From a bacterium (GTDB lineage Bacteria > Bacillota_I > Bacilli_A > RFN20 > CAG-826), in contig CAVGXP010000021.1 in NCBI GenBank assembly GCA_963633165.1, positions 1,496-65,495 of the forward strand: DNA of 64,000 nucleotides, written 5' to 3'. The notes below the pieces were generated by a model. The model ran no database searches and was not told the origin of the DNA. It saw only the letters and a program-made list of their open reading frames with translations. Positions 16,468-27,377 of the stretch are shown piece after piece. Position numbers and translations under genes: made by a program. Numbering within the stretch: position 1 is the stretch's first letter; each line of letters opens with the position of its first letter.

Positions 16468-18543
16468 TTATTTGTTTTCGTCTTCTTTCTTCTCTTCGAC
16501 ATCCTCGCTAGAAGGGGCTTCAACGGGTTTGTCCGTTTCTTCCTTCGGGGCGTCTTTGCCAAGGAGAGCGGAGATTTCTTCGGCGGTGATCGTCTCTTTA
16601 TCAAGCAAGGTCTCCGCGATCTTGATAACCTCGTCTTTGTGCTCAATCAACAAGTCATGGGCGTGCTTATAAGAGGTTTCGATGATCTCTCTGACGGCCT
16701 TGTCGATTTCGTAGGCCACCTGCGTGGAGAAATTCTTCTGGGTCGAGGCGTAATCGCGACCGAGGAAGACCGAACCCGTATCCCTTTCGTATTGGATCGG
16801 GCCGAGGTCGGACATGCCGTATTCGGTGACCATCGAACGCGCTAAACGGGTGGCTTCCTGGATGTCGTTGCTCGCCCCGGTGGTGACGTCGCCGAAGAAG
16901 ATTTCTTCGGAAGCGCGTCCGCCAAGCAACCCGGTGATGCGGGCGATCATCTCGTTTTTGGTGAGCAAGAAGCGATCGTCTTCTGGAGTCATCAAGACAT
17001 GGCCACCAGTATTTCCGCGGGGGATGATGGTGATCTTTTGGACTTTGTCGCTATAGGGCAAGTTGATGCCGATGACAGCGTGGCCCGCTTCGTGGTAGGC
17101 CACTTCCTTCCTTTCGTGCTCAGAGAGCCCTTTGGAATTTTTGGCGGGGCCGGAGATGCGGCGATCGATGGCCTCGTCGATGTCGGCCATGTCGATTTCG
17201 GGCTTGCCTTCCCTGACGGCGAGGATGGCGGCTTCATTGAGGACGTTGTCCAAATCCGCGCCAGAGAAGCCGACGGTCCTCTTGGAGAGGGCTTTGAAGT
17301 CGATGTTGGTGGCGAGTTTCTTATTCCTAGCATGGACTTTGAGGATGGCCTCACGACCAGCGGCATCAGGAAGAGAAACGGTGATGGTTCTATCGAAACG
17401 CCCAGCGCGGCGAAGGGCCGGATCAAGGACATCATCGCGGTTAGTCGCGGCGATGACGAGGATGCCCGAATTGGCTTCGAAGCCATCCATTTCGACCAAC
17501 AACTGGTTGAGGGTCTGTTCCCTTTCGTCGTTGCCCCCGCCTAAGCCGGCGCCACGTTGACGACCAACGGCGTCGATTTCGTCGATGAAGATAAGGCAAG
17601 GAGCGCTTTGCTTGGCTTTTTTGAACAAGTCACGGACACGTCCGGCGCCGACGCCGACATACATTTCGACGAAGTCAGAACCGGAGATGGAATAGAAGGG
17701 AACCCCCGCTTCTCCAGCGACGGCTTTGGCAAGCAAAGTCTTACCAGTGCCCGGAGGGCCGATGAGGAGGACGCCTTTGGGAAGCCTGGCGCCGAATTGT
17801 GAATATTTCTTGGGGTCTTTCAAATAAGCGACGAGTTCGACCATTTCGGCTTTCTCGGCGTCGCACCCGGCGACGTCGGCGAAACGGACTTTGGTGTTGT
17901 CCGCCCTTCTAGCCGGGGATTTGTTGAACGACATCGCCTGGTTGTTGGCGCCATTGACGGAGGAATTGATTCTGGTGAAGAAGAGAACGCCGATGAGGAC
18001 GACGATGGCCGTCGAGATGAGGGTCGGTCCCCAAGTGTCCCACCAAGAGACCTGGAAAGCGTCGGAGACGGAGAACTTCGAGGTGATGTTCTTCAGGTTG
18101 TTGGCTTCGATGTATTGGCTGGCGGCGCTTTCGACGCTGCGGAAAACGCTGATGTAGGAATCATGGCTGACGCCGTTGACGAGGAACGAGGTTTCCCATT
18201 CTCCCTGCCCAATGACCACCGAGAAGCGAACGAAATCGTTGTTGGCGTTCATGTAGGTGCCGCTGACGGTCACGGCGCGGTAGTTTTGGGAAGCATTGGC
18301 GGTGACGATGCGTTTCTTGGCCTTCGAGTAGGATTCGACATCGTAGGTCTTATAGGCCGTGCCTTCGTCGTTGAGAACATAGCCGATGTTGGCGTCGATA
18401 TCAGATTCGCTCCAAGTTTCTCCGCTGCTGGAGAATTGGGAGACGATGAGCCAAACGAACATGCCGATTGTCGCGGCCATTAGAACGTAGGGCAAGATAT
18501 AAGAGAATACGCTTCTTTTGCGTGGGGCGTTTCCATCATTCAT
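16468..18543 (-). CDS. ftsH: ATP-dependent zinc metalloprotease FtsH
   Basis: AAA+ Walker [12 protein letters not shown] region, HEAGHA zinc site. Two N-terminal TM helices flank an ectodomain of about 135 aa. Confidence 0.95.
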   Translation of the reverse strand: MNDGNAPRKRSVFSYILPYVLMAATIGMFVWLIVSQFSSSGETWSESDIDANIGYVLNDEGTAYKTYDVESYSKAKKRIVTANASQNYRAVTVSGTYMNANNDFVRFSVVIGQGEWETSFLVNGVSHDSYISVFRSVESAASQYIEANNLKNITSKFSVSDAFQVSWWDTWGPTLISTAIVVLIGVLFFTRINSSVNGANNQAMSFNKSPARRADNTKVRFADVAGCDAEKAEMVELVAYLKDPKKYSQFGARLPKGVLLIGPPGTGKTLLAKAVAGEAGVPFYSISGSDFVEMYVGVGAGRVRDLFKKAKQSAPCLIFIDEIDAVGRQRGAGLGGGNDEREQTLNQLLVEMDGFEANSGILVIAATNRDDVLDPALRRAGRFDRTITVSLPDAAGREAILKVHARNKKLATNIDFKALSKRTVGFSGADLDNVLNEAAILAVREGKPEIDMADIDEAIDRRISGPAKNSKGLSEHERKEVAYHEAGHAVIGINLPYSDKVQKITIIPRGNTGGHVLMTPEDDRFLLTKNEMIARITGLLGGRASEEIFFGDVTTGASNDIQEATRLARSMVTEYGMSDLGPIQYERDTGSVFLGRDYASTQKNFSTQVAYEIDKAVREIIETSYKHAHDLLIEHKDEVIKIAETLLDKETITAEEISALLGKDAPKEETDKPVEAPSSEDVEEKKEDENK

Positions 18544-18652
18544 GGTAACTTATCCTTTCTCTTTCCTTTAAGCCGGAAAGGGATGCTAAGCCTATAGGCT
18601 TTGGGTAATTTATATCAAATTCGAATTATTGCAAGAGATTGAGTGAAATTAG

Positions 18653-19912
18653 TCAACGAACGTTCGTTTTAACATTCAGTAGCGAGGTGTGGTACTCGCG
18701 GAAGTTCGTGCGGTAGCGAGGCACGTAGATAATCTTCCCCGATTTGTTGATGAATACGGGCCATCTCTCGCGGAGATCGATAGGCATGTTCCACAGCGAA
18801 TAGAGCTTGCGGACGGGCTCGACGTAGCCGTGGATTTTGACTTCGTCATATTGCATGGCGTTGCGGATGGTCAAAGGGTAATCCTCCGATTTGATCCCGC
18901 GGTCTTCGGCGCCCATGGAGAAATCCAAGGAGAACTGCTCGTTGTCCATTTTCCCAGGGGCGTCGAGGGTGTAGGAAAAGACGATTTCATTGATGTTCTT
19001 CTCCAAAGTCAAAACATCGTAATCCTTGACCAACGAGAAGCCACCCATCAGGGGATAAACGCCGTTGCTTTGGTCGTTCAAACAGAATTCACGGATGCGA
19101 TCGAAATCTTCGGGTTTCAGAGAAAGACCTGGGACTTTCTGGACGAAATGAGTCAGGGTTGTGGCGAAATCGTCGTGAGGCAAAGCGATGAGAGGACGGA
19201 TTTCCAGCTCCCCGGATTCCTCCGCATCGTTTTTGATGGTGCGAATGGATTTGATCAATCCAAGGGTCTCGTTGGCCTCATTCTCGATTTGGGCGATGAG
19301 GTTGGCTCTGTCAATTTCATTAAGCTTGGAGATGTAGTCCTTACGCAAAGCGGAGCGGGTGGTGACGTCCAGCGCCCTTTCGGTGCCGGGATTGAAGGGG
19401 ACGTGGTTTTCCTTGTCGTATTCCAAGAGGTCCTCTTTTGAGAATTCCAGCAAAGGACGGATCACAAGCATCCCGTCGATGGTGGATATCTTAGTCATGA
19501 GGGCGTTTACCAACGGTTTCTTTTTCTCTTTCGCCTTAAGATAGGATTCGATGTAATCATCCTGTTCGTGGGCAAGAAGCAACCCTGCAGCGTTATATTC
19601 GCCATAAAGCTTCTTGTACCACCCATAACGGAGCTTTTTGGCCCAATCATGGAAGGATTCACCAATATGTAGCTGCTGATCCTGTGGGAGGCTGGAAGAA
19701 TCCAAAAGGCGGAAATCCAAGCCTTTTTCGTCGCAAAAAGCCTTTAAATGGACCATATCTTCGGTCGAGGACTCGAATTTGTGGTAATCGATGGCGGCCA
19801 CGACAGGTTTGACACCAAGCTTAATAAGCATATCCAGCATGGCCATCGAATCCGAGCCGAAGCTCACGGCGGCGATATAGGTCGCTCCTTTATCGAATTT
19901 GAATTCAATCAT
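18653..19912 (-). CDS. tilS: tRNA(Ile)-lysidine synthase
   Basis: N-type ATP-pyrophosphatase fold with a variant PP-loop SFGSDS. Sits immediately upstream of ftsH, as in Bacillus. 419 aa. Confidence 0.65.
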   Translation of the reverse strand: MIEFKFDKGATYIAAVSFGSDSMAMLDMLIKLGVKPVVAAIDYHKFESSTEDMVHLKAFCDEKGLDFRLLDSSSLPQDQQLHIGESFHDWAKKLRYGWYKKLYGEYNAAGLLLAHEQDDYIESYLKAKEKKKPLVNALMTKISTIDGMLVIRPLLEFSKEDLLEYDKENHVPFNPGTERALDVTTRSALRKDYISKLNEIDRANLIAQIENEANETLGLIKSIRTIKNDAEESGELEIRPLIALPHDDFATTLTHFVQKVPGLSLKPEDFDRIREFCLNDQSNGVYPLMGGFSLVKDYDVLTLEKNINEIVFSYTLDAPGKMDNEQFSLDFSMGAEDRGIKSEDYPLTIRNAMQYDEVKIHGYVEPVRKLYSLWNMPIDLRERWPVFINKSGKIIYVPRYRTNFREYHTSLLNVKTNVR

Positions 19913-20177
19913 CAGCTTGTCCTCCTAGAATTTCCTCACGGGTGATTTCATAAAGTTTGCTTGCGTCCGCTTTCGAAGCGAAGGGGCGAATCTCTTTGAC
20001 CACGACTGTCAGACGCTTCCGCCCAAGCGTCAGGGTCAAAGTGTCCCCGGCGTTGACCTCCGTCGATGGCTTGGCCGGTTTCCCATTGATGGAAACGTCG
20101 CCATCATCACAGAGTTCTTTAGCGATTTCCCTTCGTAGAATCAGGCGGGATACTTTAAGGAACTTATCAATTCTCAC
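19905..20177 (-). CDS. rqcP: S4-domain RNA-binding protein (YabO/RqcP, Hsp15-like)
   Basis: MRIDKFLKVSRLILRREIAKELCDDGDVSINGKPAKPS closely parallels B. subtilis YabO. 90 aa. Confidence 0.8.
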   Translation of the reverse strand: MRIDKFLKVSRLILRREIAKELCDDGDVSINGKPAKPSTEVNAGDTLTLTLGRKRLTVVVKEIRPFASKADASKLYEITREEILGGQADD

Positions 20178-20209
20178 GTCGACAATCCTACCACAAATCC
20201 CTAAAGGGA

Positions 20210-23200
20210 TTATTTAGAAATACCGTGTTTTAAAGCGATTTGATGGACGATGCGCAGAATCTTCTCCAAATCGTCCATCCATTTCTCTCTTTTTCGCAAT
20301 ATCAAACGCAGTTTTTTCTCCAAATAGGACATGCGGATGATCTCCAAATAACAATTCAAAGCGTTGAAGAGTTCATACCCGAGGCCATCTTTTGAAGAGA
20401 AGGTACTCGATAAGAAGACGTCGATGCTTTTGGGGTTGTCGGAAATGGTCTCGAATTCCGGGTTGTCCAAAAGAATGTCGATGCGTTTCTTTTGCACGAG
20501 AAGCTCCACTTCTTTTGGCAATTTCCCATACACGTCCTTGATCTTTTTGACGTAGTTGTCCAAATCTTCCTGGGTGAGGATATCGTCGAAAGCCTGATAG
20601 AGTTCAATCTTATCCGAGTCTTCTGCGTATTCTTTGGGGATATAGGCATCGATGTCGAAAAGCTTCCTCGGAGTCCTTTCTTTGGGCTTGACCCCTTTCG
20701 TTTTCTCTTCGACGGCTTCATTGAGCATCTTCAAATACAAATCCAATCCCACGGAGTCGATGAAACCCGCTTGCTCGGGGCCGAGGATGTCGCCGGCGCC
20801 GCGAATCATCAAATCCCTTTGGGCGATTTTGTATCCACTACCAAGTTCAGTGAATTCCTGTATGGCTTTGAGGCGCTTTTGGGCGTCTTCGTTCATGTTC
20901 TTCTGGGGCTTGTACATCAAATAGGCATAGGCAATGCGGTTTCCTCGCCCTACCCTGCCTTTTATTTGATAAAGCTGAGCCAACCCAAATTTATCCGCAT
21001 CCTCGACGATGATCATGTTGGCGTTAGGCACGTCGATGCCGTTTTCGACGATCGATGTGCAAATAAGGACATTGATCTCCCCGTCATAGAACTTTTCCAT
21101 GACGCTTTCGGACTCTTCTCTGTCCATTTGCCCATGCACGACCCCTATTCTGGCCCCAGGGATCCGCTTTTCCATCTTAACCGCGACGTTATAGATGGTC
21201 TCAACGACGTTATGGACATAGAAAACCTGCCCGCCTCTGGCCAGCTCTTTCTCGACCAGCTCGTCCGCCACGCTTTGCTTAAAGGGGGTGACATAAGTTT
21301 GAATGGGCATTCGCGAAGGAGGGGCAGTATTAATCTCAGAAATCGGCCTTATTCCCACAAGCGACATCTGAAGCGTTCTAGGAATTGGGGTGGCGGAAAG
21401 AGTAAGGACATCGACGTCTTTCTTCATTTCCTTAATCTTCTCTTTCTGCTCAACGCCGAACCTCTGTTCCTCATCGATGATGAGCAAGCCGAGGTCTTTG
21501 TATTGAATCGTTTTGGACAAAAGGCGGTGCGTACCGATAACGAAATCGACTTTCCCTTCGGCCAAGCCCTCAACGGTCTTCTTTTGGATGTCCGCTGGAA
21601 CTAGCCTTGAAAGCAAGCCTAAACGCACGCCAAAGGAAGCGAAACGTTTCTGCGCCACCTCAAAATGCTGCCTTGCCAAAAGGGTGGTCGGCACCAGCAT
21701 CGCGACCTGTTTTCCGGCATCGATGGCTTTGAAGGCTGCCCTAAAGGCGATTTCGGTTTTCCCAAAGCCTACGTCTCCGCAGATGAGGCGATCCATAATT
21801 TCCGGGCTTTGCATGTCGACTTTTGTTTGATCAACAGCATCTTGCTGATCCGGAGTCAGCTCGTAAGGGAACTCGCCTTCGAATTGCTTTTGGAGTTCAT
21901 CGTCTTCGGGGAAGCAAAACCCGCGAGTCTTGGCCCTAGCCCCATATAAAGCGATGAGGCGATCGGCCAAATCATTGACCCTTTCCTGTATTTTGGCTTT
22001 CCTTTTGGTCCATTCTCCACTGGAAAGGCGGCTTAGTTTTGGCGAAGCCCCCTCCCTACCCGCGTACTTTCTGACTAATCGGAATTGCTCTAGGGGAACA
22101 TAAAGCGATTCGTTCCCGGCATAAGCGATATGGAGGAAATCGCGGTGATTTCCCTCTACCTCAATCGTTTTAACGCCCAAAAACTGGCCAATTCCATTAT
22201 ATTCATGGACGACGTAATCCCCTGGGCGGAGATCTTCGTAACTCCGCAATACCTGCGCGTTTTTAAATCTCCCTGTGAATCTGGTGTTCACGGACCGATG
22301 ACCAAAAAGTTCATTTGCGGTGAGGTAGACCAAATCCATCGAAGGGATTTCAAAGCCTTCGGAAACGGGGGTTTGGGTCACACCCAGACTGCCTTCGGGA
22401 ATCTGGAGGCCTTCAAGCTGTTCGTATTCGAGTTTGGCATCCTCTAAAAAAGAGATGACGGTTGTCCTTTGATGGGGGTCATTAAGGGAAAGAACGACTT
22501 TATTCCCTGCGTCGAGATACCCTTTTATCAAGGGAATGATCGTCGCGATGTTCCTAGAAGGAACGTTAATCCCGCGAAGAGAGAATTGATAAGCCTGTTG
22601 GTTTGAAGCAAACGTTGTTCCGTAAACGACGTCTTTCGCTCCTAACGTCGCCTTGTCAAAGGACATATATTGTCCAAGCCGGGACGGACAATACCCTTTG
22701 AGAAAAATCTCTTGGAAATAGTCCACTGATTCAGCAAGCAGCTGCTTAGTGGCGCTAACGAAATTCTCCTTGTTGGCAACGTAGATGAGATCGGGATCGA
22801 AATAAGAAAGAACGGAATTAGCCTCCCCTAAAGCAAAACCATAATAACGGTAAAGGTCGCTTTGATAGTTGTGCTCAATGAAATCGTTCAAAACGATCTC
22901 GATGTTTTGATCAAGCAATTGGCCGACTTCGGGAGAAAGAATCTTTTTGTCCTTCTGGACTTGTTCCTTCAATTTGCTGGCAAAAAGGCAAAGCTCATCG
23001 TCGTTAAGGAAAATGTCTGTCGCGGGCAGAACCACGGCTTCATCTAGAGTTTGTTTTGATTCTTGGCTTCGTAGCGAGAAGAAGCGGATGGATTCGATTT
23101 CGTCCCCAAAGAATTCGATGCGAATAGGATCGAGATAGGAAACGGAATAAATGTCGAGAATGTCCCCTCTTGAAGCGAATTGGAGGCTCTTGTCAACGTG

Positions 23201-23686
23201 GGAGGTCGCTTGGTAGCCGATGTTGATAAGCCGTTCTTTCAAAGAAGGCAAATCGAAAGAATCCCCGACCCTAAAATGAATAGTCTCCTCCTTGAATCTT
23301 CGTTTCGATGGCAAGTAACGCAAAAGCGCCGAAGGGTGGGTCACCAAAATCTTCTTACCGTCTTGACAGCATTGCCCCAATGCGTAAAGCCTTTGGGAAA
23401 GCAATTCGCGAGAAGAGGAGAGAGCTTCTGCGCGAAGCAATTCGTCGCTAGGGAAAAATATGACCTCGTCTTCGTTCAGGAAATTGAGCAAGAATTCATA
23501 GAGTTTTTGCGCAGAATATTGGTTTGCGCTGATAAGGGCGTAATTCCCCGGTTTTTTCTTGTAAATGGACGCAAAAAGCAAACCAACCCCCAAAGTGTCA
23601 TTAACGACGAAAGACCCCTTTTTACGCAAAAGGGGGGAGGTCAAATCCGATTCGTAGATTCTATCAAGAAGCTGGTCCTTATCCAT
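20210..23686 (-). CDS. mfd: transcription-repair coupling factor
   Basis: 1158 aa. UvrB-homology N-terminus, RNAP-interaction domain, superfamily 2 translocase motifs ([16 protein letters not shown]). Confidence 0.95.
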   Translation of the reverse strand: MDKDQLLDRIYESDLTSPLLRKKGSFVVNDTLGVGLLFASIYKKKPGNYALISANQYSAQKLYEFLLNFLNEDEVIFFPSDELLRAEALSSSRELLSQRLYALGQCCQDGKKILVTHPSALLRYLPSKRRFKEETIHFRVGDSFDLPSLKERLINIGYQATSHVDKSLQFASRGDILDIYSVSYLDPIRIEFFGDEIESIRFFSLRSQESKQTLDEAVVLPATDIFLNDDELCLFASKLKEQVQKDKKILSPEVGQLLDQNIEIVLNDFIEHNYQSDLYRYYGFALGEANSVLSYFDPDLIYVANKENFVSATKQLLAESVDYFQEIFLKGYCPSRLGQYMSFDKATLGAKDVVYGTTFASNQQAYQFSLRGINVPSRNIATIIPLIKGYLDAGNKVVLSLNDPHQRTTVISFLEDAKLEYEQLEGLQIPEGSLGVTQTPVSEGFEIPSMDLVYLTANELFGHRSVNTRFTGRFKNAQVLRSYEDLRPGDYVVHEYNGIGQFLGVKTIEVEGNHRDFLHIAYAGNESLYVPLEQFRLVRKYAGREGASPKLSRLSSGEWTKRKAKIQERVNDLADRLIALYGARAKTRGFCFPEDDELQKQFEGEFPYELTPDQQDAVDQTKVDMQSPEIMDRLICGDVGFGKTEIAFRAAFKAIDAGKQVAMLVPTTLLARQHFEVAQKRFASFGVRLGLLSRLVPADIQKKTVEGLAEGKVDFVIGTHRLLSKTIQYKDLGLLIIDEEQRFGVEQKEKIKEMKKDVDVLTLSATPIPRTLQMSLVGIRPISEINTAPPSRMPIQTYVTPFKQSVADELVEKELARGGQVFYVHNVVETIYNVAVKMEKRIPGARIGVVHGQMDREESESVMEKFYDGEINVLICTSIVENGIDVPNANMIIVEDADKFGLAQLYQIKGRVGRGNRIAYAYLMYKPQKNMNEDAQKRLKAIQEFTELGSGYKIAQRDLMIRGAGDILGPEQAGFIDSVGLDLYLKMLNEAVEEKTKGVKPKERTPRKLFDIDAYIPKEYAEDSDKIELYQAFDDILTQEDLDNYVKKIKDVYGKLPKEVELLVQKKRIDILLDNPEFETISDNPKSIDVFLSSTFSSKDGLGYELFNALNCYLEIIRMSYLEKKLRLILRKREKWMDDLEKILRIVHQIALKHGISK

Positions 23687-23691
23687 TTCCT

Positions 23692-24252
23692 CTAACCGTT
23701 ATAATGATTCATCGCATAGGGGAAACCCTTCAGCAGGGCATCTCTTATGGCTTTGGCGGCTTTATTTATGGCCTCGTCGATGAGGGCCTTCTCCTCTCCG
23801 CTTGGCTTGCCAAGCACCCAGTCGACCCCGGTGTGCTTTGGCTCACCGATGCCGATTCTTATGCGAGGGAAGGCATCGGAATGGAGATGTGTGATAATCG
23901 ATTGCATGCCTTTGTGGGAACCGCTGCTTCCGCCAGGGCGCAGGCGGAGTTTTCCAGGTTCAAGGGCCATATCGTCATAGACGACGATAAGATCAGAAAC
24001 CTCAATTTTGAAATAGTCCATCAAAGGACGAACGAATTCCCCTGAAGCGTTCATGTAGGTCTCGGGCTTAGCGAGTATGAAAGGTTCGGGGAAGGAGGGG
24101 TCTTTGACGATGGCGAAAACGCCGTTGAATTTGCTGTGGTCGAAATCCGCTTTGCACATTTGCGCGAACTCCTCCACCGCTTCAAAGCCCATGTTGTGGC
24201 GAGTGCCAACGTATTCTTTGCCCGGATTTCCAAGCCCGACGATTAATTTCAT
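23692..24252 (-). CDS. pth: peptidyl-tRNA hydrolase
   Basis: MKLIVGLGNPG..Y..TRHN.GF and full-length Pth pattern. Confidence 0.95.
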   Translation of the reverse strand: MKLIVGLGNPGKEYVGTRHNMGFEAVEEFAQMCKADFDHSKFNGVFAIVKDPSFPEPFILAKPETYMNASGEFVRPLMDYFKIEVSDLIVVYDDMALEPGKLRLRPGGSSGSHKGMQSIITHLHSDAFPRIRIGIGEPKHTGVDWVLGKPSGEEKALIDEAINKAAKAIRDALLKGFPYAMNHYNG

Positions 24253-24788
24253 TTGCTCTCCTGTATGGCGGATAGCTTATGCAAGACGCTGATGATCTTA
24301 TTCACGCCTTGTCCGTCATAGAACTCCAAGGGGGAAGACTTGAGATTCTCGACCATCCCTAAAGTGGCCGCCATTTCCGGATCGTTCTTCATCGAGCGCA
24401 GCGAGGTGTTCAAAAGGAAATTATAGGGGAAATGAAGCTTCGAATAATCAAAAGAGCCGCGAAGCTGATAAAAGCGAATATGGTAGATATCCAAAACGTT
24501 GGTGGTAATAAGGTTATCCCTGGATTCGGGGCTGACCAGGCTCATGCCCGTGGCGAAAATCAAAACATTTTTGTCTTCGATCTCATCGTAATGGGCCAAA
24601 AAGTCGTCGATTCCTTGGATTTTCCCTCCCATGACCCAACCGCCATAAACGATGGTGTCATAATCGGAAGCATCCTTCCATTTGTACTTTTTCAATGGGA
24701 GAGCGGTACCGCCGACGGATGAGGCAATTTCTTCGGCGTATTTCTTGGTGCTGCCTGTGGCAGAGGTGTAAAGAATAAGGGTTCGCAT
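24249..24788 (-). CDS. flavodoxin-domain protein
   Basis: LILYTSATGSTKKYAEEIA FMN-binding loop. ATGA overlap with pth. Confidence 0.6.
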   Translation of the reverse strand: MRTLILYTSATGSTKKYAEEIASSVGGTALPLKKYKWKDASDYDTIVYGGWVMGGKIQGIDDFLAHYDEIEDKNVLIFATGMSLVSPESRDNLITTNVLDIYHIRFYQLRGSFDYSKLHFPYNFLLNTSLRSMKNDPEMAATLGMVENLKSSPLEFYDGQGVNKIISVLHKLSAIQESK

Positions 24789-24918
24789 AGCGATGACGAT
24801 ATTAACATAGCGAGGGAAAAAGGGGCATTCCTTTTACGAGCGCATAAATACTAGAAACATTTGTTAGTTGACAAAAAAATTCGGTTTTTTACGATTAAGC
24901 AAACGGAGATACCGATTT

Positions 24919-25536
24919 ATGCCAAGAACACCTGCACAAAACAAAGCCATCAAAGACAAGAGAAAAAAGCGACTTTTGGAGATCGCGCTGAAAATTTTCG
25001 CTTACCAAGGCTACGACGACGTAACGATCGATGACATCACTAAAACCGCTCGATGCTCACATGGACTTTTCTACCACTACTTCTCATCGAAGCAAGACAT
25101 CTTCGAAGCCGTGGTGAATTACTTCGTCTTTGGGCAATCCTCACCGTTGTTGAATTCCGAGGAGATGGAGCAATACAAAGGGGTGGAAGGTTTGACGAAA
25201 TTCTTCGAAATCGTTGAGAAATTGCAAACCGGTCCCGCCCAAGACCTCTATACCGCTAAGATTCTGTTGGATTTCGAAAGAGAAAAAGTTCAAGGGAAAG
25301 CCAGCATTCGTAAAGAAGCTATTTCCAAATATGACATTCGTGGAACTTTCGAAAGACTGATCAAGGAAGGACAAGAAAGCGGAGACGTCATCGACGGAGA
25401 CCCCAAAAGGATTGCCTCGATCTTCTTCGATTTGCTCATCGGCATCTTCGAATGTCTGCTTTCAAGCAATCCTTCGGTTCAAAAGCCAGTCTCAAAAGAT
25501 TTGTTGTTGGCAATGACTTTAAAACGCCCGTTATAA
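24919..25536 (+). CDS. TetR/AcrR-family transcriptional regulator
   Basis: N-terminal HTH (LLEIALKIFAYQGYDDVTIDDITKTARCSHGLFYHYFSSKQDIF). Start set to the ATG at 24919, which has GGAG upstream. Confidence 0.8.
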   Translation: MPRTPAQNKAIKDKRKKRLLEIALKIFAYQGYDDVTIDDITKTARCSHGLFYHYFSSKQDIFEAVVNYFVFGQSSPLLNSEEMEQYKGVEGLTKFFEIVEKLQTGPAQDLYTAKILLDFEREKVQGKASIRKEAISKYDIRGTFERLIKEGQESGDVIDGDPKRIASIFFDLLIGIFECLLSSNPSVQKPVSKDLLLAMTLKRPL

Positions 25537-25552
25537 CTTCGCCTTCAAGAAC

Positions 25553-27112
25553 TCATTTCCTCTTTGAAAATTCATAGAGGTATTTGAGTTCTTTTTTTAG
25601 ATTCGGATATAGATGCGAATAAGCGTTTTTATAAAGGCCGTCATAAATAAGACGGTTCTTTTCATTAGGGGTAAACGACTTCTCCGGTCTAACCATGGCC
25701 GTCACGGCTTCTTTGGCATTTTTATAGACGCCTAAGGCCATGTAGCAAGAAATCGCCGCGCCTAGAGAAGAGGTTTCATTGGTTTGGACTTTAACCACTT
25801 TTTTCCCAAGAATATCCGCGGTAATTTGGCATATTTCGTCAGAACGAGAGCCTCCGCCGGAGATTCTCACTTCCTTGAAATCCGTATGGAGGATTTTTTG
25901 GAATCTCTCCATCCCAGACCTCAGCTCATATCCAATGCCTTCGATCAAGGCTCTATAAACATGGAATCTCGTGGTCATATCCGAAAATCCGGTGATGGTT
26001 CCACGGACTTCGGGTTTTTCCAGTTGAGAACCCCAATAAGGTTGGAGGATCAAGCCATCGCAGCCAGGAGGAACGTCGGTGAGATGCTCATTAAAATCGT
26101 TTGGGGAAAGCTCGTCGGACATCATCTCCTGAACTTGTGTCGCGCCGAACTCCTTCAAGAACCAATTTAACATCCAATAACCGCGGTAAATCTGCAAATC
26201 CAAATTGAAGCAACCGGGCTGAACAGAAGGGTAGGCGGGCAAGAAAGGATAGGGGGAGACATAACGTTTCGTTGTTGTTTCGATCGTGCAAGCGGTCCCT
26301 AAAGAAATCGAGGCAAGATTTGAATCCATGACCCCAGTGCCTAGAGTTTCGCAAGATTTATCACTTCCCGAGGCGAAAACAGGCAAGCCTTCAGGGAGAC
26401 CGAGTTTAGAAGCGATATCCCTCTTTAAGCAGCCGATTTGCCCTTGGCTACCGATCAATTCGCAGAGCTGGTCCTTCCTAACGGAGAAAATTCTCCCTTG
26501 GAAGTGCTTCATTGGGTCTTTGTACCATTTCTTTTTGGAGTATTCGAGGGGGTAATGGCCCGTGAAATCAGAGGGACAATCCTTAAGTTCTCCGGTCAGC
26601 CTATAAAAGAAATAAGTTGAAACGGAAACGTATTTAGAAGTCTTTTCCCAATTCTCGGGTTCGTTCTCGATAACCCAGTTCGCCGCGGTTCTTATGCGGT
26701 TCAAGTGGATGGTCTCAGTCTTGCCAACCAACGCGAACAAAAACCTGGAGCTCCAAGGAAGGGGCTGTTTGCAAGAAGCCGTCCTTTGGTCAAGCCAAAG
26801 AATCATTGGCCGAACGGGCCGAAGATCTTTATCCAGCAAAACCGCGGAATCTCGGAAACAAGTTTGCGTGATACCAGCAATATCCCCAATCAACTCAGGG
26901 TGATTTTGGCTTAATTTAGATGTGGCTTTAACCAAGCAATCAAAATAATAATCCGGATCCTGTTCGGCCCAACCGGGCTTAGGGGAAACATAAGCGGGTT
27001 CATATTCTTCCTTTTCGCCTGCGAGCAAATTGCCTTTTTTATCAAAAATAGACGCTCTTACAGACTGTGTCCCGAAATCGAGTGTAAGTACCAAAGGGTT
27101 ATTCGAGTTCAT
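25553..27112 (-). CDS. FGGY-family carbohydrate kinase, substrate unknown
   Basis: LTLDFGTQSVRA phosphate-1 motif, GWAEQDP and a C-terminal GGGSRSD motif. Start set to MNSNNP... at 27112. Confidence 0.8.
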   Translation of the reverse strand: MNSNNPLVLTLDFGTQSVRASIFDKKGNLLAGEKEEYEPAYVSPKPGWAEQDPDYYFDCLVKATSKLSQNHPELIGDIAGITQTCFRDSAVLLDKDLRPVRPMILWLDQRTASCKQPLPWSSRFLFALVGKTETIHLNRIRTAANWVIENEPENWEKTSKYVSVSTYFFYRLTGELKDCPSDFTGHYPLEYSKKKWYKDPMKHFQGRIFSVRKDQLCELIGSQGQIGCLKRDIASKLGLPEGLPVFASGSDKSCETLGTGVMDSNLASISLGTACTIETTTKRYVSPYPFLPAYPSVQPGCFNLDLQIYRGYWMLNWFLKEFGATQVQEMMSDELSPNDFNEHLTDVPPGCDGLILQPYWGSQLEKPEVRGTITGFSDMTTRFHVYRALIEGIGYELRSGMERFQKILHTDFKEVRISGGGSRSDEICQITADILGKKVVKVQTNETSSLGAAISCYMALGVYKNAKEAVTAMVRPEKSFTPNEKNRLIYDGLYKNAYSHLYPNLKKELKYLYEFSKRK

Positions 27113-27377
27113 AATTAACAGATGAATTTTACACCCCACGGAAAAGGTTTCGAGATGAAAATAGAGGAAAAACCACTTGTTTTTGAATGTTTTTTGTCAT
27201 TTAACGAGGACGTATATCTTTTAATTGGTGTTTATATCGTTTGCCTTTTTCTAAGAACGAACACCCTAAAAAGCTTTGTATCAGTGGTTTCTTTTCAAAG
27301 AAAAGACCCCGTTTCATCCGCTTTTGTTGCCTTCCCCCACGCCCATCTCTAAAATACCGAAGGAAGGAAGCTGAAAA

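Noticed and set aside
16404-16646. N-terminal 81 codons of the ORF-track version of dus (start at 16646)
   Set aside because: This part overlaps the 3' end of ftsH and encodes a basic, low-complexity peptide. The conserved Dus sequence begins at MKIGNIEI (ATG at 16403).
24840-24870. Partial palindrome AACA-TT-TGTT in the flavodoxin/TetR divergent spacer as a TetR operator
   Set aside because: Only 4 bp per arm pair and the flanks do not extend the symmetry. This is indistinguishable from chance in an AT-rich spacer.
27122-27352. 76-aa ORF in the FGGY/hddA divergent spacer
   Set aside because: It has no RBS and odd composition, and it overlaps the FGGY start region. It is more likely promoter or UTR sequence.
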